Of a DNA stretch of 64,000 nucleotides, positions 50,227-62,813 are shown in pieces. A program made the position numbers and the translations under genes. Below the pieces are notes generated by a model. That model had not been told where the DNA came from, did not search any database, and saw only the letters and a list, made by a program, of their open reading frames with translations. Numbering within the stretch: position 1 is the first letter of the stretch; each line of letters begins with the position of its first letter. This DNA is from Octopus sinensis. Its lineage: Eukaryota. The DNA is taken from NCBI RefSeq assembly GCF_006345805.1, contig NC_043022.1:16058001-16122000 (forward strand). Reading direction: 5' to 3'.

Positions 50227-50230
<4 letters not shown>
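49939..50230. mobile_element. Foldback element, 132/139-bp inverted arms with 21-nt loop, each arm carrying a hammerhead motif; probable Penelope-like pLTR derivative
   Basis: Arms 49939-50070 and 50092-50230 are identical except for 2 substitutions and a 7-nt indel. Flanked by TA on both sides and abuts a (TA)n tract. Confidence 0.8.
49970..50055 (-). ncRNA. Minimal type I hammerhead ribozyme with intact core (Penelope-like-element type)
   Basis: Minus strand: stem I 5' UAAUUGG (50055-50049), CUGAUGA (50048-50042), stem II GUACU/AGUAC extended by GCAUC/GAUGU, GAAA (49989-49986), palindromic mini stem III C-GAUC-G, UA cleavage site (49979-49978), stem I 3' CCAA(A)UUA. Confidence 0.85.
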
Positions 50231-50260
<30 letters not shown>

Positions 50261-50595
50261 TACATTATTGATTATCACGTGTGTTTTGTTCGAATGCTTT
50301 CAGGCAGGGATATTTTGTCCAGGGAAAGTCCCTTTAAGATGTAGTTAAAAAAACACTGTTTACTTCAACCCCCCCCCCTACACACACAAAAATCAGGCTT
50401 TGTATAGTTTCCATTAGCCAGATGCTGTGCAGTGAGACTGAACCTGAAATCATGTGGTCAACATGTGAACTTCTTAACCAAACAGCCATACCTGCACCTA
50501 TTTATGTATTAATTTGTCTAAATATCTATCTAAACACACACCATATTAGCCCATCGCTCTCTCTCTTGCATCAGATCACCTTTTTTCCGTATATA

Positions 50596-50760
50596 GGCGC
50601 AGGAGTGGCTGTGTGGTAAGTAGCTTGCTAACCAACCACATGGTTCTGGGTTCAGTCCCACTGCGTGGCATCTTGGGCAAGTGTCTTCTGCTATAGCCCC
50701 GGGCCGACCAATGCCTTGTGAGTGGATTTGGTAGACGGAAACTGAAAGAAGCCCGTCGTA

Positions 50761-50807
<47 letters not shown>

Positions 50808-51024
50808 ATATGTTTGTGTGTCTGTATTTGTCCCCCTAGTATTGCTTGACAACCGATGCTGATGTGTTTACGTCCCTGTCACTTAGCGGCTCGGCAAAAG
50901 AGAACTGATAGAATAAGTACTGGGCTTACAAAGAATAAGTCCCGGGGTTGGTTTGCTCGACTAAAGGCGGTGCTCCAGCATGGCCGCAGTCAAATGACTG
51001 AAACAAGTAAAAGAGTAAAAGAGT
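50596..51024 (+). mobile_element. SINE family A
   Basis: Full-length match. Confidence 0.9.
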
Positions 51025-51518
51025 ATATGGAATTGTTTGTTCTGTGTGGTGGTGAGATGGATTATGCAATCAAATTCAAACTGAAATACGTGTCCATGGT
51101 TGTCCCTCATCTAAACAAAGATCAAAGCGTCCTTTTCTGCCAAGTGTATCAATTCAGCCAAGCATTTTCTAAATATTCTCATTCTGAGTTGTTAACGAAT
51201 ACTGTTAAACTTTTGCTTATTTTCTCTGGGAGTTAAGGCAATTTGAATAAATTAAAAATTTTCTTATGTAGAGCATTTAGTGCCACCTATTGAATTATAG
51301 ATAGCATAATGTACTAAAGTGTTTCCCCAAAGAACCATTGCGGATCTGTTTTACTCTTTCATCCCAACTTTCTCTCACTCTCTCTTCTTGTTTCTTGAGT
51401 AACGCTGCGATGGACTGGCATCCCGTTCAGCTGGGGGGGGGGGGGGGGGGTAGACACACAAACACCTGTGAGCCTGGCTAGGGTGCATAAATAAAAAAAA
51501 AATTTTTTAATATATATA

Positions 51519-52262
51519 TCATCATCATCATCATCATCGTTTAACGTCCGTTCTCCATGCTAGCATGGGTTGGACGGTTCGACCGGGGATCTGGGAAGCC
51601 AGAAGGCTGCACCAGGCTCCAGTCTTATCTGGCAGTGTTTCTACAGCTGGATGCCCTTCCTAACGCCAACCACTCCGTGAGTGTAGTGGGTGCTTTTTAC
51701 GTGCCACCTGCACAGGTGCCAGGCGAGGCTGGCAATGGCCACGGTCGGATTGGTGTATTTTATGTGCCACCGGCACGGAAGCCAGACGAGGCGGTGCTGG
51801 CATCGGCTACGAGTCGGATGGTGCTTTTTACGTACCACCAGACCAGGGATCCTGGCTGGTTCAATTCGATTTCGATTTCGCTTGCCCCAACATGTCTTCG
51901 CAGCAAGGGGGTTGGCATGGGTGCCTGTTGTACGGTCAGATTGATGTATTTTACGTGCCACCGGCACGGAAGCCAGTGGGTCGGCACTGGCATCGGCCAC
52001 GAGGCGGATAGTGCTTTTTACATACCACCAGACCAGGGAACCTGGCTGGTTCGATTCGATTTCGCTTGCCCCAACATGTCTTCGCAAGCAAGGGGGTTGG
52101 CATGGGTGCCTGTCGTAGGTCAGATTGGTGTATTTTACGTGCCACCGGCACAGAAGCCAGTGGAGGCGGCGCTGGCATCGGCCACGAGTCGGATAGTGCT
52201 TTTTACGTACCACCAGACCAGGGATCCTGGCTGGTTCAATTCGATTTTGACTTCGATTTCGA
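51519..52262 (-). repeat. Family B element with three ~185-190-bp tandem units, flanked by (TA)n
   Basis: Units start at ~51748, ~51939 and ~52123; explains the 243-aa and 221-aa ORFs. Confidence 0.85.
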
Positions 52263-53432
52263 TATATATATATATATATCGTGCTTGAGAAGACCTGTGA
52301 AGCCAAGTGAGATCGTAGTCATGGTCAATGCCAGTGTTGCGTAACTGGCCCCTTTAAAAGTACCCTTCAATTGTTGGGTGATATGTTATGCTTGTGAAGA
52401 CCTGTTGAACCAACTGAATTTGTTGTCATGATTGATGTCAGTACCGTCTGACTGGCACCCATGCCGGTTTCTTGTAAAAAGTACCATTTGAGCATTGGGC
52501 CTCATGGAGGCAGTGACAGGTGACCAAGACCTTTGGCAATATACCATGCTTCTGTAGACCTGTGAAGCCAGGTAAGACCTTAGTCGTGGCTGATTCCAGT
52601 GTCAGGTCAGTGGCATGTAAAAGGCATCCACTACACTCTCCAAGTGGAAGGGCATCCAGCCATAGAAACCTTGCCAAATCAGATCAGAACCTAGTGCTGC
52701 CTCTCAACTGATGATGATGATGATGATATTCTTTGTCTCTATAAAATCATATCTTCAGCATTCTGAAAATGTTAATTATGCATTGTTGATTATTACAGAA
52801 AAAAAAATGCTCATATTTAAAAACCACCCTGATGCATTCTCCTTTTATTGTTCTGGAACACACAGTATATTTATTACATATTTACATTTGTGAAAGAATT
52901 ATTTCAGCCATTTAAGTGCATAAAAACTGCTACGTTCTCTTTCATTTATCTTTCAATAGAATTGTCTACTCTGACATATCAAAAAGCTTCCATACATGTC
53001 TGTGAGCTCGTCTGTGGCACAATTCTATGGCATCTGTTTGAAATCGTTTGAAAGTTACTTTAACGTTTGAAGTTGAATAGAACTAAGAAAAAATACAAAG
53101 GGAGAACAAAAAAAAATGAACAGTAAAAGACCCCCTCCCCCACACACATTCCACCATGGCTGTGTGGTTAAGAAGCTTGCTTTGTGATCATGTGGTTTCA
53201 GGTTCAGTCCCACTACACAACACTTTGGGCAAGTATCTTTTACTATAGCCTTGGGTTGACCAATGACTTGTGAGCGAATTTGGTGAATGGAACTGTGTGG
53301 AAGCCTGTCATATGTGTGTGTGGAGGGTGTGAAGGTACATTTGTCTCACACCACCACTTAACACTGATGCTGGTTTGTTGCTGTCCTTCTGTCCTTGTTA
53401 TTCAGCAGTTTGACAAAAGAAATCAATAGTGT

Positions 53433-53607
53433 GGCGCAGGAGTGGCTGTGTGGTAAGTAGCTTGCTAACCAACCACATGGTTCCAGGTTCAGTCCCACTG
53501 CGTGGCATCTTGGGCAAGTGTCTTCTGCTATAGCCCCGGGCCGACCAATGCCTTGTGAGTGGATTTGGTAGACGGAAACTGAAAGGAGCCTGTCGTATAT
53601 ATGTATG

Positions 53608-53640
<33 letters not shown>

Positions 53641-53840
53641 TTGTGTGTGTCCCCCTAGCATTGCTTGACAACCGATGCTGGTGTGTTTACATCCCTGTCA
53701 CTTAGCGGTTCGGCAAAAGAGACCGATAGAATAAGTACTGGGCTTACAAAGAATAAGTCCCGGGGTCGAGTTGCTCAACTAAAGGCGGTGCTCCAGCATG
53801 GCCGCAGTCAAATGACTGAAACATGTAAAAGAGTAAAGAG
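53433..53840 (+). mobile_element. SINE family A
   Basis: Full-length match. Confidence 0.9.
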
Positions 53841-55916
53841 TGTAACTAGCTAACTTTAAAATAAGTACTTGGGGTTGACTTGTTTCTTGTAAACCCTTTA
53901 AAGCAATGCCCCAACACACCCACCGACTAATGAATGACACACAATATTATTTTCAGTCAATAAAATGGAATTATGTTAGTGATTAGGTCGCAGAAGTATA
54001 ATCAAAAGGTTTTGGCACTTCATAATAAACCATACTTTTTAAGAATTTTATTGTTACCAATATAAGTGAGGTTGCTTTGGACCCTTAAAAGGTCCTTGCT
54101 GCTGTTCATTGCTTCTCTTTGTCCAAAGCATCTTTATATATCTTCAAAAAACATATTCTGGCTAGTTATTGAAATTCTTTATATAGACATGGCTGAGCCC
54201 TCTACTACAGCCTTGGGTCAACCAAAGCCTCATGAGTGGATTTGGTGGACAGAAACAGAAAGAAGCCCATCATATATATATATCATTATCATTGTTTAAC
54301 GTCTATTTTCCGATTGTTTGCTTTGTTATGTCTAGTACAGTACTATACTATCAAGTTGTAATTTTATCTTCCATCTGTTTAATGCTGTAGAAACTAGGGT
54401 CAGATCCTTTTTGAATCAATGGGATTGTGCATGTATTTGTAAACCTACTATTACAGTTTGTCAGTTATATTAAATATATATCCATAGCAATTAGGTTCAA
54501 ACTGTCAATTGTTACATATGCTGAGTAGAATTAGCTTAGATATTTGAATTTCTGGTAATTTTATTCACATCTAAATATGAAGAAATGAATAAATCAAATT
54601 AATTACACTTTGTTTACATTTACTGTTCAAATTTTTATCTGATTTTATATAAAAGTTTATTGTATACGATTTTACATTGTTATATTCCTATAACTTTAGT
54701 CATACAGTGAAAATAAAATGAACAATTTATTTAGTTTCTTTCCTTCAGGAAATGCTTCATATCTTTGTAGTTTCTTGATTTCTCATCAAATTTTATATCT
54801 CTTATAATTGTCCTTTTATGTCACTTAAAATTATCATTTTTAAGAAATTTTTAAAAAGAATTCCATGGTTTAAAATATACAATTGAATCTTTCTTTTTTT
54901 CTGTCCAATCAATAGTTACTATCTTTCACTAATAAATAACTAATTACAGATAATTTTCTTGCTGGATTCCATTTTTTACCATTTTTTTTCTTTGTCAGGA
55001 AGTTTTTGTTCACCTTCTCAACCCTACTACAACATAGTTTTTTCTTTTTTTATTCTTTTTGCCATCTTTTTTTTTCCTGATAATTTTCTTGACAATACAA
55101 TTTAATTCACTCCTCCCACCCTCCCTCATACCAACCTACCATTAATTCCGTTATTGTCCTTACAAGATTGATTTGTTTGTACGTCACTTCCCCCCATTTT
55201 TTAATATTTTTTTTTTCATATTTTACATTTTTTAATTTTTTATTTCACAAATCAATTATATTTCTCTTAGCTATTGTAAACATTCTTTAAAAATCACGAT
55301 AACTCTACAGTTGGTTTGAAATGTATAGTACGAGCAGAATTTCATTTGAATATAATGAAAGAAACTAAAATGTTGAAGAGAGGACTAAACTTTTTATACT
55401 AATTGTATTGTCAATATAATCTAGTGAATTGAATTTCAACTTGAAAAGAAACAAATTGTAAAAAAGAAAAAAATTAAATTAAATTAACAATTGAACTTTT
55501 CCTGCTGACTTTATTTCATTTTTTGTATTAAACTGTTTTCTTGAAACCAAGCATGTTATATGTGTGCTCACACACGCGCGCATGCACACACACACGCGTG
55601 CATGCACACACACACACACAGATTTCTAAAGTTAGGTTAGCTAAATTTAAAGTTTTAAAAACTAACAACATTTTGATGAACTTTTATTAATGAAATCATT
55701 CTAGTTCACTTAATGACTTATTATATAATACTTCTATTCAGATTGCCTTTTCTTTTTTTTTTCAACCACAGATCATAAAACTTAAACATTTTTTTTCGAC
55801 TCTGAGATTGTCAAAACCAATATTAATTTATCAATTCTATGGCAGTCACAACTATTTTTACCTGGTCTTGGTTTTATTTCTTTACACAATTCCCATCTTT
55901 TCTTTTGTTTTCACAG

Positions 55917-55982
55917 TCTTCATGCGATCAAGCTTCTTTTATTACCAGATGTCCTATTTAATGCCACCCAGTCAACTCTGAA
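55917..55982 (+). CDS. Candidate internal exon (SLHAIKLLLLPDVLFNATQSTL)
   Basis: Very strong acceptor tcccatcttttcttttgttttcacag, weak donor AA|GTAAAA, 66 nt, phase 2 to 2, in phase with both neighbouring candidates. Confidence 0.35.
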
Positions 55983-56959
55983 GTAAAAGAGGCATCTAAT
56001 TTAATTAAAGTTATTTAGAAATGTGTGCCTGATGTGTATAAGAGTATGTACACACATCATTACACACACACACACGCATAAGAAAATTTGCATTGTAACA
56101 TTTTACTAAGCTTTTCTCGTCCACTTTAACATTTCTAAAGTTAGACTCAAATTTAAAGGTTGGGTAAAAAAAATAACTTGGTGTAGTTTATTCAACTTTT
56201 TGTCATGAATATCTGATATTTTCTTTCAGTTGTTTCAGTCATTGGGCTGTAGTTACATCTTAAAAGGTTTAGTTGGACAGATCAGCCCCAGTTCTTATTC
56301 TAAGATTGTTTACCTATACTATTGATCCTTTTTCTTTTTGCCAAATCATCGAATTATAGACACACAAACGAATCAACATTGGTTGTCAAGAAGTAGGTGA
56401 CAAATACAAATGCACACACACACAGAGATTTCCTCACAGTTTCTGGCTACCAAATTCACTCACAAGCCTGGAACTATAGAAAAGATATTTGCTCCAAGTA
56501 CTACACAGTAGGATTTATACTGAAAACATGTGGTTGCTTTGAGAACTTCTTCACAACACAGCTATGCCTTATATACGATAATTTTAGTGACTGTCACAAT
56601 TCTTAAATTCTCAATTTTAACCTCTTGAAAATTTTTTCCAAGCAAAATTTAGACATCAATAAGTTATTTGGGAGAGTGGGATCTAAATATTATAAATTAC
56701 CACCTGACTATTATTTTTCCTGTGAAACTAACTCTGAACACTGCAAGAAATATTGTATCCCCAGTAATTGAAAAAATGTCAACATCATTACCCTAACCAC
56801 CCATACTCTTGCAATAACTACAGCAATTTATCTCTGATAGGTTAATAGTTTCTAGGATTCACAGCTGACTCTATTCTTGGCATACACTTTATATAATCTG
56901 CTTCATTTATCAACAAGAGGAGCAATAAAAAGGTACTTTGTTTTGTGCAGCTTACAGAA

Positions 56960-57240
56960 GAATTTGGTTATATTGGAGAACACTTTATCTGTCTCAATAC
57001 TTTTCCAAACTCTCTTGATAACTTTCTATAACTTGTGTGGCCCTTTGTCCAGTTTAATGAACCAGATCTGGAGTTGGGTAGAGTTGTGTTCTGGTGCATA
57101 TCATATATTATTTGGTGTCTTTTTTTTTTCAGTTCTTGTCTACATTTTGGTTTATTTTCCAATTGTTGGTGATACAAGCCATTTTTGACCCCTCACTGTC
57201 AATGTAGAATATCCTGCAACTATCGTGATTCATTTATCTT
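56960..57240 (-). mobile_element. Heavily decayed LINE reverse-transcriptase fragment (RTE-like)
   Basis: Frameshifted GVKNG/LVSPTI resembles the RT motif GVKQGCxLSPTLF. Confidence 0.3.
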
Positions 57241-60200
57241 TACCTGCAATTTGTTTGGTAGGAGGATAAACCTGTCACAAGCTGTTTTATTGTCAAGAAT
57301 TTATGACTTTACTAAACATGTGGTTAAAAACGAATCACTCTCTAACGTGCAAACATTTATATATCTATAATCTATTTTGGTTCTGATTTGGAGTTTTTCA
57401 TCGGAAAAGCCTCCAGTCAACTGTGTAGAATATGTATTGCATAACTAGAACCCATACCAGATAACATTTATGTTTTATATTCTTCTTCTTTATTTATGTC
57501 TTTTATACAATTGCAAGTTTATGAAGGCTTATTTGTCACTTTATTACATCAGATCAACTATAATGATAAATGCTAAGATTTATTTCCTCCTTAATTATTG
57601 AAATTTGGCAAGGGTAATATAACTTGCATTTTGAAAGAATAAAAATGACTAGAGATGAGGGAGTCAGTTTGGATGATACAATTCTGTATTTCTGAAATGA
57701 GGAATTTTTATATATGTATTAGTTGGAGTGGTGTCCTTGTCTTGGTTGTCACTTTTCCACTACTTTTGGATTTGAGAATTGTATTATCCAATCAGTACGG
57801 AGCCAGTATTAAACATCATTGGTGCTTTATAAGCCTTTAACATTAATTCACTCTGACACTGCCCACAGTCATAGTGTAGAGGAGAAAGGCACTAGTTAAT
57901 GCAGTGCAATCACAGGACACCTGGAGAAGGCTGGAGCATACACAGATGAAACATAGTGAAAAAGTAACCATCATGATGAGGCCACCACTCCGACTTATAC
58001 ATAACATAGTAAGTTTGGAGTTTTAGAAAAAGAGTTCATCAGAAATGAAATGACTCAAACACTCTGCTGCTGGTTCACAACTGTCTGATTGTGTGTATAG
58101 CTATATAGATATCTAAAGCAATCTAGATCTGGTGCTTAAATGATGACACATTTTAAGCAAATCATTTTCAAACTCTGTAATATATTAAACAATAAGTGAT
58201 TACTTTTGACTTGGTTCTTTTTATTCTTGGAATAAGGAAAAAAATAAAACAAAAGAATATGAAATGGAATGTTTGAAAATAGATTCTATTGTTAGTCATT
58301 TTGAGTTGATTTGTTTCTAAATCATTTAAAACCATTTTTGTTCTTCACAATGTTTATTTAAATATGCATTTTCAACTCAAAGTAAAATACATATTATAAA
58401 TTTATGATATATTAGGAATATTCAGTGTAAGAGAAAAGAAAAAATAATTTACATTGAAAATAATTATCTTGAGAGGTGTGATAAATAGGTGGTGAGCATA
58501 CATTCATCTTTAGAAACCAATGGCACACTGCTGCAGATATAATTTAAGCTCTTTCAAATTAGTCATTTTTTCCCCCTTTTTCATAAGTTTGTGTAATTTC
58601 CATCTTTTTCTATTTACACAAGAATGATTGTTTTCCAGTTTTAAATACAAAACAATATTAAAATAATTAATCAGTCTGTTTATGCATATTTTAAGCCTGA
58701 AGTCTCTACAATATACCATCTATTTTAAATATGAACAGAAGAAGAGAAATAACACTCCTCACTGAAAATGTATTCCGACACAAAATATACAAATATTAGA
58801 TAAATAGTTTAAAATGATTACATTTGAAGCTCATTGCTAATTACCTTGAAAATGTGTGTGATGGTGGTGGGGAAGAAACAACTGTAACTTGTGGGTTGCT
58901 GTAATAGGAAGCAACCCACACCTGAAAATATTGAGTTACCTTCAGATCAAATCCAAATTCTTGCCACAGAGTGAACTCTGAAGAAAGCATACAAGGGTTC
59001 AGCTGGTTCTGCTAAATCATGATTTCAGCTTGTCAAGAACTTTGTGTTTCAGTTTGATAATTGCTAAAATTATTATTATTGTATTGACAAATAGTTTATA
59101 CTTTAATCATGTGATCACCTTTCATTTGAGAAGATGATATTATGTTTTAATGTATCAGTATGTTAAAATAGAACATTTTTGAAAAAGACTTGCTGAAATT
59201 TATTTTGGGCATTATTGAATGACTCTGATGGGACACATTTGAATAAAACCCAGCAAATTTGACTGTTCATGATAGGCTTCTGCACAGTTTCTGTCCACTG
59301 AATTTCACTCAGATGATAGTAGTTAACATTGTAGAAATCACGCTCCCAAGGTGCTGTGCAATGGGATCAAACCCAGAACCATGTAGTTACAGAAAAAGAA
59401 GAAAAGAAATTCTTAACCACACAACCATTTCTCTGAGGGTGGTTCAAGATTTTAAAAGAATAAAAATAAAGTAGCAATGATAAGTAAAGAAATATTGTGA
59501 CCTCCCTACTATACTTGCCTTGCATTGGGCACAATGCATGTTCCACCACTAATTCCTGGCTGCTTTTTATAGGAAGTCAATTAACCACATAAAAGCCTAT
59601 TTCTCCCTATGATGGTAGATTTTGTTATTTTGGTTTTACTATATTTTTTCTTTCGTTTTAATGTAAAATTTCTTCAATTTAATTCTCTATTTTTAATGGA
59701 ATGGAAAAATCTTAGTCGTGTATTGTCAGAATCAATAGGGGCTGAAAGTTGGTATTTGATTACATTCCATCAGGTTCTCTATTCTGATCCCTCTCATATG
59801 AACATTGCTTTCCTTCTTTCTGAGGTAGATAAAAATGAATTCCATGCAGAAAGTACTGGGTTGATGGATCTTTTCAGTTGCTATCACAGAATTTGTATTT
59901 TATCAAATTAGTTCAAATTGTTTTCAAATTTGGTATACCGATTTAGTTTTTTTTGTATACTAATGATGAAAATGAAATTTATTTTTGCCACAAATTAACA
60001 AACGAAATGTTTGCAGAAAAGACCTGAACTGATATAATTAGATAAATTATTGAAGGTATTTTTCTAACAAGATTGTGATCTTATGGTTAAAAACCAATAA
60101 AAGGGAACTGCTGCAGTGTTTGTAGAATTTTTTAAAATATCCATTTATAACACAGATTGTCCTTAGATCAATTTCAAATGTGGACATTTGACTGCATCTA

Positions 60201-60529
60201 GAATAAAACCATCTGTTGTAATTTACAAATCCAATATTATTTATCTATGTTCTTTCAATGTTTTCTCTCCTTCAAATGACTTATGCTTTTGTAAATGCGC
60301 TTCTTCTTTGATATTTTTTATTCATCACACTTGTCTAACTTCCACTCCTCGTGTTGTGTATGACTTCATAAATCATATAACAAATATTTGTCTTACTCAA
60401 TTTAGTCTTGGAGAGCTCTGTACAAATCATGGATTCTGTCTCATTTATGAAAAATGTTATTGAACAACACAAAAATATATAAAATGTCTAATTCTGATAA
60501 TGAATCAGAAATGTATTGCTTTTGTTTAG

Positions 60530-60605
60530 GTTTGTCTGCAAAATGGTGGTGGCTGATGAGGACTCTTTAAATTCTTCAATTCCTCAGTGTCAGCAACAAA
60601 AAACT
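60530..60605 (+). CDS. Candidate internal exon (KFVCKMVVADEDSLNSSIPQCQQQKT)
   Basis: Acceptor ttgcttttgtttag, weak donor ACT|GTAAAT, phase 2 to 0. An alternative minus-strand terminal-exon reading exists (FFVADTEELKNLKSPHQPPPFCRQT*). Confidence 0.3.
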
Positions 60606-61815
60606 GTAAATCTAAGTAAATCATTCATAATAATTTCAACTTTTATTTTTACTTGCTTTGGTCATTGGACTGTGGCCATGCTGGGATACCACCTTGAAGA
60701 GTTTAGTTGGACAAATCAACCTGGTACTTAATCTATTGGTCTTTTTTTTTGCTGAACTGCTAAGTTATGGGGATGTAAACAAACCAACACTAGTTGTCAA
60801 GTTCACACACATGATGGCCTTCTTTCAGTTTCCATCTATCAAGCTACTCACAAGGCTTTGGTTTGGCTTGGAGTTATAGTAGAAGACACTTGCCCAAGAT
60901 GCCACACAGTGGGACTGAACCTGGAACTGTATGGTTGGGAAGCAAACTTCTTACCACACACCCGTGCCAGTGCCCATATAGATTTGTGTAATATATCGAT
61001 GATCCTGATCAACACAGGACCGAAAATGAAAAGACGACTTCAAATAGTATTTGTCACCAACTAGGTAAAATACTGATTTCTAACAAATTTCACCACCACC
61101 ACTACCACCACTACTGTTTCATGTCAGCTTCTCCTCACTGGCAGGATGTGTTTTAAGGCAGTGTTTTATGGCTAGATGCACTTCCTGTTGCCAACCATTT
61201 TAGTCATCTGTCACAATATAAGGCCATAAATTCTTTTGTGGGATTGGGGAGCTATGGTTAATTGAATTTATTCACTCTTTTTTTAGTGGTTGTTTTTATT
61301 TCTGTGTCTGTTTTATACCACAGTAGGTAAACAATAGTGTTGATCACAAATTTTAAACAAGACAATCACTGGTTCACTGCATTTCAAAGCTTTGTCTCAC
61401 AAAAAATACCACAAGGTATTTTTGTTTGAAAGCACTTGTTTTTCATTTTTGTTGACAATGTTTGCATCTTTTGCCATTTTTTCTTGCTTTCTTTTTCCTT
61501 TTTCTTTTCTTCTTTCTTTCCTGTTCATTCTGTCTTCCTTTCCTTTTTCCTCCCTCTAACAAAGCCTCTAAAAATTCACCACACACATACACAAATAACA
61601 AAAGAACATTCTCTTCCCAATTCATCTCTAGATTTTTTCAACTACTCACATATATATAAAAGGAATAAATTTTCTGTAAAAATATCATTTCTGATGAGTC
61701 TTTGAAAAGAGATGAAAGCACTTATATAATTATCTAAATTTCTGACTATCTCTTTTTTCTTAATATCTAAAATCTATACACCACTTCAAACAATCTCTCT
61801 CTCTCTCTCTCTTTC

Positions 61816-61846
<31 letters not shown>

Positions 61847-61867
61847 AGCTGCAAAAACATCACAAAA

Positions 61868-61909
61868 AGCTGTTACTCAGAGTTTCACATTCCTGTTCGT
61901 CACACAGCT
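61868..61909 (-). ncRNA. Minimal type I hammerhead-like motif with one core change (C3G), in the left arm of a ~60-bp inverted repeat (61839-61985)
   Basis: AGCUGU - GUGACGA - ACA(GGAA)UGU - GAAA - CUC(U)GAG - UA - ACAGCU: 6-bp stem I, GNRA-capped stem II, near-palindromic stem III. The plus-strand partner (61921-61954) has the degenerate core UUAAUGA. Confidence 0.7.
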
Positions 61910-62076
61910 GTAATCAAGACTTAATGAATGGGAATGTGAAACTCTGAGTAACAGTTTTTTGTGATGATTTTGCAGCTTTAATAAAAAAGCATATTACTTT
62001 ACCTTTGGTATTTGAGTACTATTTTCCCACCTTGCTTTGCATTTATGTGCTCACTCATGTGTATATATATATATAT

Positions 62077-62112
<36 letters not shown>

Positions 62113-62449
62113 TGAAAGTAAGATAAGTTCAGTATAGATAACATAGAGTAGTACTCAAGTTGATGGTAGTTTAAACTCGAACATCTTCATCAGTGGATGG
62201 TGTCTACTCTGCCCTTGAAAAGGGGTGCCAACTTACTTTAACAATTTCATCTGGACTTGTCATTGGACACATTCCTATGACAACATACACACATTACATA
62301 TGAGTATGGTTAATATATAAGGTATGGACATTTTGAAACAACTGTAGAGACAAGACTTTACATAACGTTTTCTTTATTTTGTGATGTGTATTTTATGTTG
62401 TATGTAAATATATGTCTCAAGTTTCTTTATCCCCCCCCTCTCTCTCTAT

Positions 62450-62813
62450 ACTCTTTTACTTATTTCAGTCATTTGACTGCGGCCATGCTGGAGCACTGCC
62501 TTTAATCGAGCAACTCGACCCCGGGACTTATTCTTTTGTAAGCCCAGTACTTATTCTTTCGGTCTCTTTTGCCGAACCGCTAAGTAACGGAGACATAAAC
62601 ACACCAGCATCGGTTGTCAAGCGATGTTGTAGGGACAAACACAGACACACAAACACATACGACAGGCTACTTTCAGTTTCCGTCTACCAAATCCACTCAC
62701 AAGGCTTTGGTCGGCCCGAGGCTATACTAGAAGACACTTGCCGAATGTGCCACGCAGTGGGACTGAACCCGGAACCATGTGGTTGGTAAACAAGCTACTT
62801 ACCACACAGCCAC
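62450..62813 (-). mobile_element. SINE family A
   Basis: Near full-length match. Confidence 0.9.

Noticed and set aside
51557-52306. 243-aa and 221-aa ORFs on opposite strands
   Set aside because: They lie entirely within a tandemly amplified retroposon; the periodic peptide mirrors the DNA repeat.
60548-60600. CTGATGAGGA...TCC as a hammerhead
   Set aside because: No GAAA after the putative stem II.
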